46,561 nt of DNA from Kiritimatiellia bacterium (GCA_017457625.1 JAFTHC010000132.1:1-46561), one strand, 5' to 3'. Shown: positions 16,015 to 24,851, counted from the first letter of the stretch. Numbers and translations: made by a program. Notes: a model not told the origin generated them from the letters alone.

Positions 16015-16527
16015 ATGGACACCGTTTCACCAGACACCCGCAGCCGGATGATGTCGGCGATTCACTCGAGGGACACGAAACCGGAGGTGCTCGTGCGGAA
16101 GTTCCTCTGGCTGGAGGGATGGCGGTTCCGGGTCTGCGACAAGAAGATCGAGGGGCATCCCGACATCGTGGTGCCGCGGGCGCACGCGCTCGTGGAAGTA
16201 CGGGGGTGCTTCTGGCACCGGCACGGGTGGACGTGGGACGGACGCAAGCTCGTGCAGGAGGCGGTCTGCGACGACGCGACCTGGCCGAAGTCCAACCGCG
16301 CGTTCTGGAACGACAAGTTCCGGAAGAACGTGAAGCGCGACGAACGCCACGAAGCGCTCTGGCTCGAAGCGGGCTGGCACGTCGCCGTACTCTGGACCTG
16401 CGGGCTCACGCCCGCGAAACGCGACAAGACGCTCGCGTGGCTCGCGAAGAAACTGGAGAAGTGGTCCTTCCGAGGCGCGGCGGCGCCGCGCCGGACGACC
16501 CGATCCCGCCGCTCCGCGGCGCGCTGA
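16015..16527 (+). CDS. vsr: very short patch repair endonuclease
   Basis: SRMMSAIHSRDTKPEVLVRKFL, GHPDIVVP, VEVRGCFWHRH, FWNDKFRKNVKRD and GWHVAVLWTC match the Vsr family pattern. It is linked to a C5-methyltransferase. Confidence 0.9.
   Translation: MDTVSPDTRSRMMSAIHSRDTKPEVLVRKFLWLEGWRFRVCDKKIEGHPDIVVPRAHALVEVRGCFWHRHGWTWDGRKLVQEAVCDDATWPKSNRAFWNDKFRKNVKRDERHEALWLEAGWHVAVLWTCGLTPAKRDKTLAWLAKKLEKWSFRGAAAPRRTTRSRRSAAR
16461..16520 (+). repeat. ~60-bp direct repeat, copy B (forms the 3' end of vsr)
   Basis: See 15681-15743. It contains the palindrome GGCGCGGC-GGC-GCCGCGCC. Confidence 0.8.
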
Positions 16528-16593
16528 AGGCGGTCGGCGACCGTCTTTTCAAGCGCGGCGCCGCCGCGCCTGCCGAGGACGGGCGGATTCGGG

Positions 16594-16622
16594 TTGAATC
16601 TACGCTGCAGCGATGGTACAAT
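16594..16622 (+). promoter_or_regulatory. sigma70-type promoter, leaderless configuration
   Basis: TTGAAT (16594-16599), 17 bp, TACAAT (16617-16622). The ATG at 16629 lies 6 nt after the -10. Confidence 0.65.
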
Positions 16623-16628
16623 GGCGGC

Positions 16629-17588
16629 ATGAACACGAAACTCCCTCCTTGGGACGCCGCGCAGTGGGCGTCCGACTTCTCCGCCGCCTCCAAGGCGCGC
16701 TACGCCGGCGACTATGCCGCCGCCGACACCCTCCACGACCTCCGCGCCCGCGTCTTCGCGGACACCGTCGAGCGCGTCCGCGCGGGCGGATACACCCTCG
16801 CGGACGGCACGCGCGTCGACCTCCCCTTCTCCCCGACCGTCGGGGACGACACGCGGTTCTACGACCGCGAGCTTCCCGCCGGCCCCGCCGCCGCGCCGGA
16901 CGCCGCGCTGGCGCCCGTCGAGGTCCGCGAGGGCGACTGCCTCGTCGCCGCGCGCGAGCTCGTCGAAGCGGGCGAGGGCGAGGTCTGCGTCCTCAACATG
17001 GCGAGCCGCAGCAACCCCGGCGGCGGCGTCCACACCGGCGCCGGCGCGCAGGAGGAGCACCTCTTCCGCTCGTCGGACTACTTCCGCTCGCTCTACCGGT
17101 TCGTCGACTACGGCGCGTCCTACGGCGTCCCGCGCGCGGCGGAGTCGTATCCGCTCGACCGCGACCACGGCGGCGTCTTCTCGCGCGGGGTCACGGTCTT
17201 CCGCGGCCCGGAGCGCGAGGGCTACCCCCTCCTCGCAAAGCCGTGGCGGTGCAACTTCGTCGCCGTCCCGGCCATTTCGAACCCCGCCACGGTCCCCGGC
17301 CCGGATGGCGCCCCGCGCCTGACGCCCGCGATGGAGGCGGCGACGCGGCGCAAGATTCGCGCCATTCTCCGCATCGCCCGCGAGAACGGGCAGCGGGCGC
17401 TCGTCCTCTCGGCGTTCGGCTGCGGCGCGTTCCGCAACCCGCCGCGCCACATGGCCGAGCTCTTCCGCGACGAGCTCGCCGCCCCGGAGTTCCGCGCCGC
17501 GTTCGACCGCGTCGTCTTCTCCGTCATCGACGACCACAACGCCCGCGGCGAGGGCAACGTGAAGCCCTTCCGCGAGGTCTTCGTGTAG
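16629..17588 (+). CDS. microbial PARG-like macrodomain protein (TIGR02452 / DUF2263 type)
   Basis: VLNMASRSNPGGGVHTGAGAQEEHLFRSSDYFRSLY and LVLSAFGCGAFRNPP are the hallmark motifs. It is in frame with ORF 15906..17588. The start was set at MNTKLPPW after the promoter. Confidence 0.8.
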   Translation: MNTKLPPWDAAQWASDFSAASKARYAGDYAAADTLHDLRARVFADTVERVRAGGYTLADGTRVDLPFSPTVGDDTRFYDRELPAGPAAAPDAALAPVEVREGDCLVAARELVEAGEGEVCVLNMASRSNPGGGVHTGAGAQEEHLFRSSDYFRSLYRFVDYGASYGVPRAAESYPLDRDHGGVFSRGVTVFRGPEREGYPLLAKPWRCNFVAVPAISNPATVPGPDGAPRLTPAMEAATRRKIRAILRIARENGQRALVLSAFGCGAFRNPPRHMAELFRDELAAPEFRAAFDRVVFSVIDDHNARGEGNVKPFREVFV

Positions 17589-17631
17589 CGGCCCCGCGCG
17601 CCGTGGCGAGGCTCCGCCACGGCGCGGGTGG

Positions 17632-17661
17632 TTGGACTTTCCGCTTCGGTTCTGGTAGCAT
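17632..17661 (+). promoter_or_regulatory. possible sigma70-type promoter for the ART-like/NADAR pair
   Basis: TTGGAC (17632-17637), 18 bp, TAGCAT (17656-17661). It is preceded by a 12-bp GC hairpin (17597-17626). Confidence 0.35.
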
Positions 17662-17715
17662 TCCGTTCCGTTCTCCCCACCTGCGGAAACAGTCGCCATG
17701 TAAAAATCCTCCCTG

Positions 17716-18336
17716 ATGAAAGCGCCGGAGGCATCCGTCTTCTACCACGGCACGTCGGCCGCGCCGTTCGGCCAGTTTTCTCTCGGCCATGCGCTCGAGG
17801 GCGACGGAAAATGCAAGTTCGGCTACGGCGTCTACGTCACGGAAAGCTACGAGTCCGCCCGGCTCTACGCCGTGAAGAGCAAGGCCGGCGGGGACTGCCT
17901 CGTCTACACGGTCGAGATTCCCGCGCGCACCGCGGACAACTGGATCGCGTTCGGCGAACCGGTTCCGACGCCCGTGCTCGCGAGGGCGCGCAAGTCGCTT
18001 GGCGCCGACATCCCCGCGAAAGCGGCGGCCGACGGCAAGGAGTTCCGAATCTTCCTCGCGTGCCGTCTCGGGGGGACGAAAAAGCCGACGTTCGACGGCG
18101 AGAAGAGGGCATCGGCGTTCCTCGACGGCATCGGCGTCGACTTCATCATCTGGCCCTTCAACTGGAAGAAGGGTCCGGACAGGCGCTTCCTGCCCCCGTT
18201 CAACCGCGCCGTCCTCGACGCCGGCAAAGTCCGCATCGTCTCCGCAGACCGGCTCGACCGCGATGCGGCCTCTGCAAAGAAGCCGAAGACCGTTGTCGTC
18301 GAGACGATCGCCGCCAAGGACCTCCCGCAGGGCTGA
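17716..18336 (+). CDS. candidate mini PARP-like (H-Y-E class) ADP-ribosyltransferase
   Basis: FYHGT (His motif) followed by GYGVYVTESYESARLYA. This aligns residue by residue with the PARP donor-loop pattern G-[IV]-Y-[FV]-[AT]-[DE]-x3-[KS]-[SA]-x2-Y. It is flanked by PARG-like and NADAR genes. The catalytic Glu is not assigned. Confidence 0.4.
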   Translation: MKAPEASVFYHGTSAAPFGQFSLGHALEGDGKCKFGYGVYVTESYESARLYAVKSKAGGDCLVYTVEIPARTADNWIAFGEPVPTPVLARARKSLGADIPAKAAADGKEFRIFLACRLGGTKKPTFDGEKRASAFLDGIGVDFIIWPFNWKKGPDRRFLPPFNRAVLDAGKVRIVSADRLDRDAASAKKPKTVVVETIAAKDLPQG

Positions 18337-18340
18337 CCCG

Positions 18341-18928
18341 ATGCGCGTCTCCGACTCCATCCGGCTCCACTACCCGCAGTACTGGGGGTTCGAGACGTAT
18401 CCGGCGGACCGCGCCTGCGCGGTGTCGAAGATCGCCGCGGAGTGGGGCGTGTTTTCCAACTTCGCGCGGACGCCGCTCGTGGTGGACGGCGTGCCGTTCG
18501 ACACGTCCGAGCGGCTCTTCCAGACGATGAAGTTCACGGACCCGGGGGCCCGCCGCGCCGTCTACGGGAAGAAGGGCAACCCGAAGATGACGGCGAAGCA
18601 CTGGCAGAAGGAGGGCTTCCTGCGGCCGGACTGGGCGGAGCACGACGTCGACGCGATGAAGTTCTGCCTGATGGAGAAGTACCGCCAGAGCGCGGTCTTC
18701 CGCGCGGAGCTCGCGCGCAGCGGCGACCGCCCGATCGTCGAGGACCAGACGACCTTCCCGCGCCGCACCCCCGACGCGTGGGGCGTCAAGCGCACGCCCG
18801 ACGGCGCGTCCTTCAGCGGCCCGAACCTCCTCGGGCGCCTCCTGATGGAGCTGCGCGCGGGCGAGGGCGCGCTCGCATACACGCGTCCCCTGCCGGAGGG
18901 CATGGCGTCGTTCCGCGACCTGGCCTAA
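18341..18928 (+). CDS. NADAR (YbiA/DUF1768) family protein
   Basis: FSNFARTPLVVDGVPFDTSERLFQTMKF, DAMKFCLMEKYRQSAVFRAEL and PDAWGV fit the NADAR pattern. The ATG at 18341 lies 4 nt after the upstream stop codon. Confidence 0.75.
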   Translation: MRVSDSIRLHYPQYWGFETYPADRACAVSKIAAEWGVFSNFARTPLVVDGVPFDTSERLFQTMKFTDPGARRAVYGKKGNPKMTAKHWQKEGFLRPDWAEHDVDAMKFCLMEKYRQSAVFRAELARSGDRPIVEDQTTFPRRTPDAWGVKRTPDGASFSGPNLLGRLLMELRAGEGALAYTRPLPEGMASFRDLA

Positions 18929-19056
18929 GCGACATCGCCCGAGGTAGTTAAACGGTCTTTTCGGGCCGCGGGCGGGGCGGCCGCCGAAACTTTTTCCACG
19001 GTGCGATTGAAAAAAAGCTTGAATCCAGGTGGAAGCTGAGCATCATAGACGGTATC

Positions 19057-20778
19057 ATGAGCAATCCACCCATCATCCACCCGACCACCACCATGCACAC
19101 CTGTCTCGCCGCCGGCTCGATGCCGATGGACATCGTCCAGAAGAAGGCGCCCGATGGCTCCGTCCGCCGCCTCTACGTCCATGTCGGGGGCACGCCCGGC
19201 AACGTCGCGACCATGCTCGCGGCGCAGTTCGGCTGGCGCGCGATGCCCCTCGCGCGCTTCGACGGCTCCGGCTGGGGCCGCCGCCTCGTCGAGGACCTCG
19301 AACGCTACGGGGCCGACACGCGCTTCGTCTCCGCCGGGGGCGACGGCGGCACGACGCTCTTCGTCGAGACGCACCGGGTTGACCGGGACGGCAACCCCAA
19401 GATATCCTACCGGCCGCAGACGCCGCGGGGCGGACCGTTCACAAATTACCGATATCTCAACAAGAAGGACGTCCCGGTCTTTCTGGCCGGACTCGGCGCC
19501 GACCTCCCCGACGTCCTCTTCTACGACCAGCCCGCTGCCGGCCTCCGGACGCTCGCGGAGGCGCTTCGCCCCCGCGGGACGCTCGTCTTCTTCGAGCCGC
19601 CCACTCGGTGCGACCCGAAGGACCTCGCGAAGGCCCTCGCGTCCGCCGATATCGTCAAGGCCTCCAGCGAGGCCTACCGCGACGCGGCCTTCCTGGAGGG
19701 GCTCTCCGACAAGCTCGTCGTCCGGACGATGAACAAGGAAGGGCTCCGCTTCAACCTCCGCGGGGCGGGGTGGCGCACCCTCCCGCCCGTCGCGAACCCC
19801 GACTTCGTCGACGGGGAGGGTGCCGGCGACTGGACCTCGTCCGCCCTCCTCGCCGCGCTCAGCCGCCGCGGCCTCCCGCGCATCGCGGACCTCGACGAGG
19901 CGACCGTTGCGGACTGCCTCCGCGAGGCCCAGGAGACCGCCTCCCGCAGCGTCGGATTCCTCGGCTCCAAGGGGATGCTCGAGGACCGCTTCCCCACGCC
20001 GGCGGCGTGGCTGGACCCCGCGCAGGACCCCGCGCCGCCGCCCGCCCCGCCGTCCGGGCCGAAGAAGGAGAAGGCCGCTCCGGCGCCCGTCGACTGCAGC
20101 AGGGGCGGCACGATGTTCTGCCCGCCGACGCCGTTCGAGAAGAAGACCGGCTGGACCGTCTTCCTCGCCGGCCCGATCGGCGGCGCGCCGGAGTGGCAGA
20201 AGTCCGTCCCGAAGCTCGCCGAGAAGCTTGGGCTCGAGGGCGTCACGTGGCTCAACCCGCGCGGAAAGCACCTCTCCCACCGCCCGCAGGTCGAGTGGGA
20301 GACGCGCGGGCTCCGCGTCTGCGACTACATCCTCTTCTGGGTTCCGGAGCAAGCCAAGCCGGCCGACAAGCCCTACGCGCTCACGACGCGGATGGAGCTG
20401 GCGGAGAACCTCGCCCGCGGCAAGCGCATCGTGCTCGGCGTCGACCCGGATGTCCGCTGGATGCGCCACGCGAAGTTCCTCGCGGAGCGCTACGGCGTGA
20501 AGAAGGTCCACGCGACGCTCGAGGAGTGCCTCCGGGCGCTCAAGCGGGAGCTCGCCCGCCGCAAGCCGGCCGAGCGCGACGTCGACGGCCCCGCATGGGT
20601 CGCGGAGACGCTGGCCCGCCATCCAGTCTGCGTGGACGACCTCGCCCGGAACCAACTCCTGGTGGAGCAGTGGAACCGGGCGTTCACCCCGGGCGATGTC
20701 GTCCGCGTCCGCGGCGATCTCCCCGACGTGGACGCCTCCCTGCTCCCGCTCCTCAACGGTGACATCCGGTTCGGTTGA
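19057..20778 (+). CDS. fusion protein: PfkB-family sugar/nucleoside kinase + nucleoside 2-deoxyribosyltransferase-like domain
   Basis: N-terminal half: VGGTPGNVATMLAAQFG and DGEGAGDW (PfkB signatures). C-terminal half: VFLAGPIGGAPEW...CDYILFWVP...TTRMELA (NDT-like Rossmann pattern). Confidence 0.6.
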   Translation: MSNPPIIHPTTTMHTCLAAGSMPMDIVQKKAPDGSVRRLYVHVGGTPGNVATMLAAQFGWRAMPLARFDGSGWGRRLVEDLERYGADTRFVSAGGDGGTTLFVETHRVDRDGNPKISYRPQTPRGGPFTNYRYLNKKDVPVFLAGLGADLPDVLFYDQPAAGLRTLAEALRPRGTLVFFEPPTRCDPKDLAKALASADIVKASSEAYRDAAFLEGLSDKLVVRTMNKEGLRFNLRGAGWRTLPPVANPDFVDGEGAGDWTSSALLAALSRRGLPRIADLDEATVADCLREAQETASRSVGFLGSKGMLEDRFPTPAAWLDPAQDPAPPPAPPSGPKKEKAAPAPVDCSRGGTMFCPPTPFEKKTGWTVFLAGPIGGAPEWQKSVPKLAEKLGLEGVTWLNPRGKHLSHRPQVEWETRGLRVCDYILFWVPEQAKPADKPYALTTRMELAENLARGKRIVLGVDPDVRWMRHAKFLAERYGVKKVHATLEECLRALKRELARRKPAERDVDGPAWVAETLARHPVCVDDLARNQLLVEQWNRAFTPGDVVRVRGDLPDVDASLLPLLNGDIRFG

Positions 20779-20802
20779 GGCGTCCCACTCTCCGCCGGCA
20801 CC

Positions 20803-20836
20803 CTCCGGCGCGGCACCGCCGCGCCGGAGTTTTTTT
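20803..20836 (+). terminator. intrinsic terminator
   Basis: 12-bp stem CTCCGGCGCGGC-ACC-GCCGCGCCGGAG (20803-20829), then T7 (20830-20836). Confidence 0.8.
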
Positions 20837-20843
20837 CCGCTCC

Positions 20844-20876
20844 CGGTGTGAACAGCCCGTTCCGGCTCCGCTTTCC
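20844..20876 (+). promoter_or_regulatory. bipartite motif CGGTGTGAA-N14-TCCGCTTTCC (candidate alternative-sigma promoter), copy 1
   Basis: Both half-sites recur at 24895-24928 with N15 spacing. Each copy sits just after a terminator T-tract and upstream of a sigma-factor-containing unit. Confidence 0.4.
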
Positions 20877-20934
20877 TTCATGGAGGGCCCCTTGCATGAC
20901 GCGCCGGGCCCGACCGAACGAAAGGAATCAAATC

Positions 20935-21489
20935 ATGTACGGCACCATCCAGACCTCCGCCTCCGAAACCGGCCTCGACCTCCTCCGCGCCCACGTGGGC
21001 GGCGACGAAGCCGCGACGCTCCGCCTCTTCCGCGCCTTCGGACCCTGGCGCTTCGGCTCCCTGCTCTGGATGAAGGAAGAGCTCCTCGGCGCCCGTTGCG
21101 CCGAGTGGAAGGTCCGCGGGGACCGCACTGCCCATCCGGTGGTGTCCCTCGCGGCCAAGGCTCCGGAGTCCCTCGACGAGCCGATTCCGGTCCTCGCCGG
21201 CACCAGCACCGGCGGGAGGAAGGAGTTCTTCTCCGTGTCGGGCGTCACCGACGACGGTCGCGTCACGCGCTTCGTCCCCTACGCCCTCGCGTGGGTGACG
21301 CCCCGCGAGCTGCTGTGGCGGGACCCCGCGTGCAAGGACCTCATGGAAGGGTGGCCCTGGGAGGTCCGCCGCGCGTGGCCCAACGCGACGCTCCCGCGCC
21401 TTTCCGCCGCCAACCGCGAAGCGCTTCGCGCCTATCTGGGCGGGAACTGGCTCTTCGCCGCCGCCGTTCGCGCGAACGCGGCCGCTTGA
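20935..21489 (+). CDS. hypothetical protein (184 aa)
   Basis: In frame with ORF 20848..21489. The ATG at 20935 is preceded by AAAGGAA. No motif recognised. Confidence 0.55.
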   Translation: MYGTIQTSASETGLDLLRAHVGGDEAATLRLFRAFGPWRFGSLLWMKEELLGARCAEWKVRGDRTAHPVVSLAAKAPESLDEPIPVLAGTSTGGRKEFFSVSGVTDDGRVTRFVPYALAWVTPRELLWRDPACKDLMEGWPWEVRRAWPNATLPRLSAANREALRAYLGGNWLFAAAVRANAAA

Positions 21490-21514
21490 CGCGCGCGCGC
21501 CTTTTTGGGACACT
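21486..21514 (+). promoter_or_regulatory. possible internal sigma70 promoter, leaderless configuration
   Basis: TTGACG (21486-21491), 17 bp, GACACT (21509-21514). The ATG at 21522 lies 7 nt downstream. Confidence 0.35.
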
Positions 21515-21521
21515 TGTCCGC

Positions 21522-22475
21522 ATGAGCAACGACCTCGACGATCTCGTTCCCGGCGGGCGGACTTTCCCGCCGACCAGCCCGACGCTCCTGAAAGCCGCCG
21601 CCGCGCGGGACGACGGCGAGCCGCACGACGAAACGGCGGTCCGGACGTTCGTCGACGTCTACCGGGCCGCGCTCGACCATTTCGTCGAATTCCAGTCCGG
21701 ACAGGCGGAATGGTCCGACAAGGACGACATCGTCCTCGGCGTGTTGCGGGAAGTCCTCTCCGCCCTGCCGGGTTTCGAACGCCGCCGCGAAGGTTCGTTC
21801 CGGGCCTTTCTCAAGCGGGTTGCCGTCCACCGCCTCACGGACGCACGTCGGTCGGAAATGGCTCGGGAACGGCGCGCCCGCGAAGCGATGGACGCCCTTC
21901 CAAGTTTCGGGAACGCCGTCGCCGCCGAGGGAATCGCGGCGGCGAACGACGAGGAGAATCTCGGCTACGCGGCGCCGTCCGGTCCGTCCGCGTTCGTCTC
22001 CGGAAGCGGAACGGGCCTGGACGACGCATGGAATCTGCTCCTCTCGGCCGCGGCGCTCGCGCGGACGTTCCGCACCGCGAAGGGGTTGAGCGCGAAATCC
22101 GTCTCCATCTTCCTCCATCGGTTCCGCGGCGACGAACCGAAGGAGATCGCGGCGAAGTTCATGGTCGGGGTTTCGCAGGTTTCGAACGTCAGGGAACGGG
22201 TTTCCGCCGGCGCGAACGCAGCCCTGGCCGAAGCGGTCCGGAAGGCCGGCGGCTCGCCGCAGGACGACCCGGAAGGCGTCCTGCTTGCCCTCTTCGACGA
22301 CCGACCGCGGTTCCGCGACGCGCTCAAAGCCCGGCTCGAAACGTTCGACGACCCGGACGCCGTCCTCGCCTTCGTCGGAAAACTCGAGCGCGTCATGCAG
22401 GACCGCTGGGGCGCGACGCACCTCGGCTCCACCAAGCTGGCCGACCTGACGACCCCCGGAGAAACCGCACCATGA
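21522..22475 (+). CDS. ECF-like sigma-70 family factor with long sigma2-sigma4 linker and C-terminal extension
   Basis: Sigma2-like FRAFLKRVAVHRLTDARR and sigma4-like EPKEIAAKFMVGVSQVSNVRERV. It is the in-frame tail of ORF 20775..22475. Confidence 0.6.
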   Translation: MSNDLDDLVPGGRTFPPTSPTLLKAAAARDDGEPHDETAVRTFVDVYRAALDHFVEFQSGQAEWSDKDDIVLGVLREVLSALPGFERRREGSFRAFLKRVAVHRLTDARRSEMARERRAREAMDALPSFGNAVAAEGIAAANDEENLGYAAPSGPSAFVSGSGTGLDDAWNLLLSAAALARTFRTAKGLSAKSVSIFLHRFRGDEPKEIAAKFMVGVSQVSNVRERVSAGANAALAEAVRKAGGSPQDDPEGVLLALFDDRPRFRDALKARLETFDDPDAVLAFVGKLERVMQDRWGATHLGSTKLADLTTPGETAP

Positions 22476-22515
22476 ACGAACCCGCGCTTCCGCGCACCAC
22501 CGACCGCTGCCGGCC

Positions 22516-23523
22516 ATGACGGATGACGACATCCAGCAAGTTCTCGACCGTGGGACCGTCGGATCGGGTCCCGTCTACCGCATCGAGGAATGTCTCGGGC
22601 ACGGCGGCATGGGCGCCGTGTTCAAGGCCTACGAGAAGAGCATCGACGATCCGGTGGCCTTGAAGGTCGAGTTCCTGTCGGACGATCCGGACGAGCCCGA
22701 CTTCCGGTCGCCCGAAACGAAGGAAGAAGACCGGGAGAACGCCGTGGAACGCTTCCAGCGCGAGGTCATGCTCGCGTCGCGGCTTTCCAAGCGGAATCCG
22801 GCAATCGTGAGGGCGTCCCATTTCCAGATCGAACGCGGTCCGGACGGAAATCCCGTCCGGCTGCTCTACGAAATGGAGCAGTGCCTCATGATGCGGGAGG
22901 ACGCGCTGGGAGTCTGCCGGGCCTGGCGCGTGTACCCGCGGCCGGCCTGGTCCGGAAACTGGCCGAGGAGCGTGACGTTGCGGAACGTCATCCGGGAGGC
23001 GAACGCGTCCGGCGCCGGTTGTCTGCCGCAGGACGCGGTCGCCCGGATCGCCTTGACGCTCGTCGGGGCGCTCCGGACGGTGCACGACCGGGGCGTGGTC
23101 CACTTCGACGTGAAGCCGGAGAACGTCCTCGTCTGCAAGGGCGGCCGGTTGAAGCTGGCCGACTTCGGCCTCGCGAAACTGGCTTCCTGGGCGGCGGCCG
23201 AATCCACGACCGGCGGGACCCGTGGCTACATGGCGCCGGAGCAGTATTGGCCGGCCGCCAGGAAGGTCAAGGCCGGACCTCCGGCCGACTACTACGCGCT
23301 CGGCGTCGTCCTGAACGAGCTGCTCACGGGCCGGCGCATGGCCTGGAACACGACCGACGACGAGTGGCGGAATCCGTCCGATTCGGGAGACACCTTCCAT
23401 CCGGTCTGCCGGAACTGGGACGTCCTTCTCAAGGGCATGATGGAAAAAGACCCGCGGCGCCGGCTGGCCGACCCGGACCTGCTGCTCTTCGAATTCGGCG
23501 AAATCGCGAAAGGCCGGTGCTGA
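22516..23523 (+). CDS. Ser/Thr protein kinase (non-RD: HFD catalytic loop)
   Basis: GHGGMGAVFKA (G-loop), ALKV (VAIK-like), VVHFDVKPENVLV, LADFGLAK and GTRGYMAPE. Confidence 0.85.
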   Translation: MTDDDIQQVLDRGTVGSGPVYRIEECLGHGGMGAVFKAYEKSIDDPVALKVEFLSDDPDEPDFRSPETKEEDRENAVERFQREVMLASRLSKRNPAIVRASHFQIERGPDGNPVRLLYEMEQCLMMREDALGVCRAWRVYPRPAWSGNWPRSVTLRNVIREANASGAGCLPQDAVARIALTLVGALRTVHDRGVVHFDVKPENVLVCKGGRLKLADFGLAKLASWAAAESTTGGTRGYMAPEQYWPAARKVKAGPPADYYALGVVLNELLTGRRMAWNTTDDEWRNPSDSGDTFHPVCRNWDVLLKGMMEKDPRRRLADPDLLLFEFGEIAKGRC

Positions 23524-23524
23524 C

Positions 23525-24823
23525 ATGGCGGACACCTCGAACGAAGACGTCTGGCCCGTTTCCGCGGCCGACGCGGTCGCGCTCGGCAAGCGCCTCGAAG
23601 ACGCCGATCCCGCGGCGGCCTACGGACTCTACGCGGCCGCGGCGCGGCGCGGCGACGCGGAAGGCGCGTTCCTCGCGGGCAAGGACCGTTTCTACGGCAT
23701 CGCGCATCCGGTCGACGACGCCAAGTCCGAGGCGTTCCTGCGCATGGCCGCCGAGAACGCGTCCGCGCCGGATGCGGTCCGCGCCGACGCGTTCGACAGC
23801 CTGGGGCTGCTGTTCCTGCGGCGGAAGCAGACCGCCCGCGCCCGGAAGTATTTCACGCGGGCGTCGTCGTTCGGCTCGCTCGACTCGCTCGACAACCTCG
23901 GCAAAATGGCCCGGGACGCCGGCGACCCGGACAAGGCGCTCGGGTATTTCTCCCGCGCGGACAAGGACGCGCGCGAACGGGCCGCCGGCGCCTCGCCGGC
24001 CGAACGGGACCGGATCGACCTGGACGCCGCCTGGGCGCGGCTCCACCTGGCGTCCTTCTTGCCCTGGTGGCACGGCGATTCGGACTCTTCGGCGAAGGAA
24101 GCCCGCCGGCTGCTCGCCGACGTCGAACGGCTGCAGGACGTGTTCCTCTGGAAGGACATCGGCGACGCCTATCTGGACAGTGAATTCGAAGCGGCGGATC
24201 CGGACGCCGCCGAGACGTGGTACCGCCGGTCGGCCGAAGGCGGCTTCGCGGACGCCCAGGTCGCGCTCGCGCGGTTCCTTCTTTCCCGGAAGAAAACGCC
24301 GGAAGCCGCCGTCGAGGCGGTCGACTGGCTCGGCAAGGCCTGCGCGAAAGGCTCCTCCGAGGCGTTCCGCCTGCGCGCGGAATGCTACGCGCGGGGCGAC
24401 GGCGTGCCGCAGAACTGGTCGCGCGCGACGGTCGAATACCGCCTCGCGGCCGACTGCGCGGGCCCCGGACAGGACGACTGGATCGACGAAGCCTACCGCG
24501 ACGGCCGTTTCGGCTGGCGCCACGGCGAGGACGTCCTCGCGTGGATCCGCGCCCGCGCCGACTCCGGCGCCGTCTGGGCGCTGCGCCTATGCGTCGGGGA
24601 GACGATGCGGGAGGAAGACCCGGACGCGTTCTGGCGGTTCCTCGCCGCCGCCGCGGAGAAGGGCGTTCCGTCCGCCCAGTTCGAGCGGGCGCGCGAGCTC
24701 CTGTTCGCGTCGGACGCGCCCGCCGCCGCCGCCATGTTCCGCGCGTTCCTGGACAATCCGGACGACAAGGACGCGGAGACCGTCTCCCTCGCGAAGAAGT
24801 GGTTGGCCCACCTGGAGCGGTGA
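23525..24823 (+). CDS. Sel1-like/TPR repeat protein
   Basis: Repeated A-x-G-x6-LG/LA-x-Y/F-G-type units (GDAEGAFLAGKDRFYG, GSLDSLDNLGKMA, GFADAQVALARFLL, GSSEAFRLRAECYARGDGVPQNW). The ATG lies 1 nt after the kinase stop codon. Confidence 0.7.
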   Translation: MADTSNEDVWPVSAADAVALGKRLEDADPAAAYGLYAAAARRGDAEGAFLAGKDRFYGIAHPVDDAKSEAFLRMAAENASAPDAVRADAFDSLGLLFLRRKQTARARKYFTRASSFGSLDSLDNLGKMARDAGDPDKALGYFSRADKDARERAAGASPAERDRIDLDAAWARLHLASFLPWWHGDSDSSAKEARRLLADVERLQDVFLWKDIGDAYLDSEFEAADPDAAETWYRRSAEGGFADAQVALARFLLSRKKTPEAAVEAVDWLGKACAKGSSEAFRLRAECYARGDGVPQNWSRATVEYRLAADCAGPGQDDWIDEAYRDGRFGWRHGEDVLAWIRARADSGAVWALRLCVGETMREEDPDAFWRFLAAAAEKGVPSAQFERARELLFASDAPAAAAMFRAFLDNPDDKDAETVSLAKKWLAHLER

Positions 24824-24851
24824 CGCTTCGTCCCGGGCGGCGCAACGGCTC

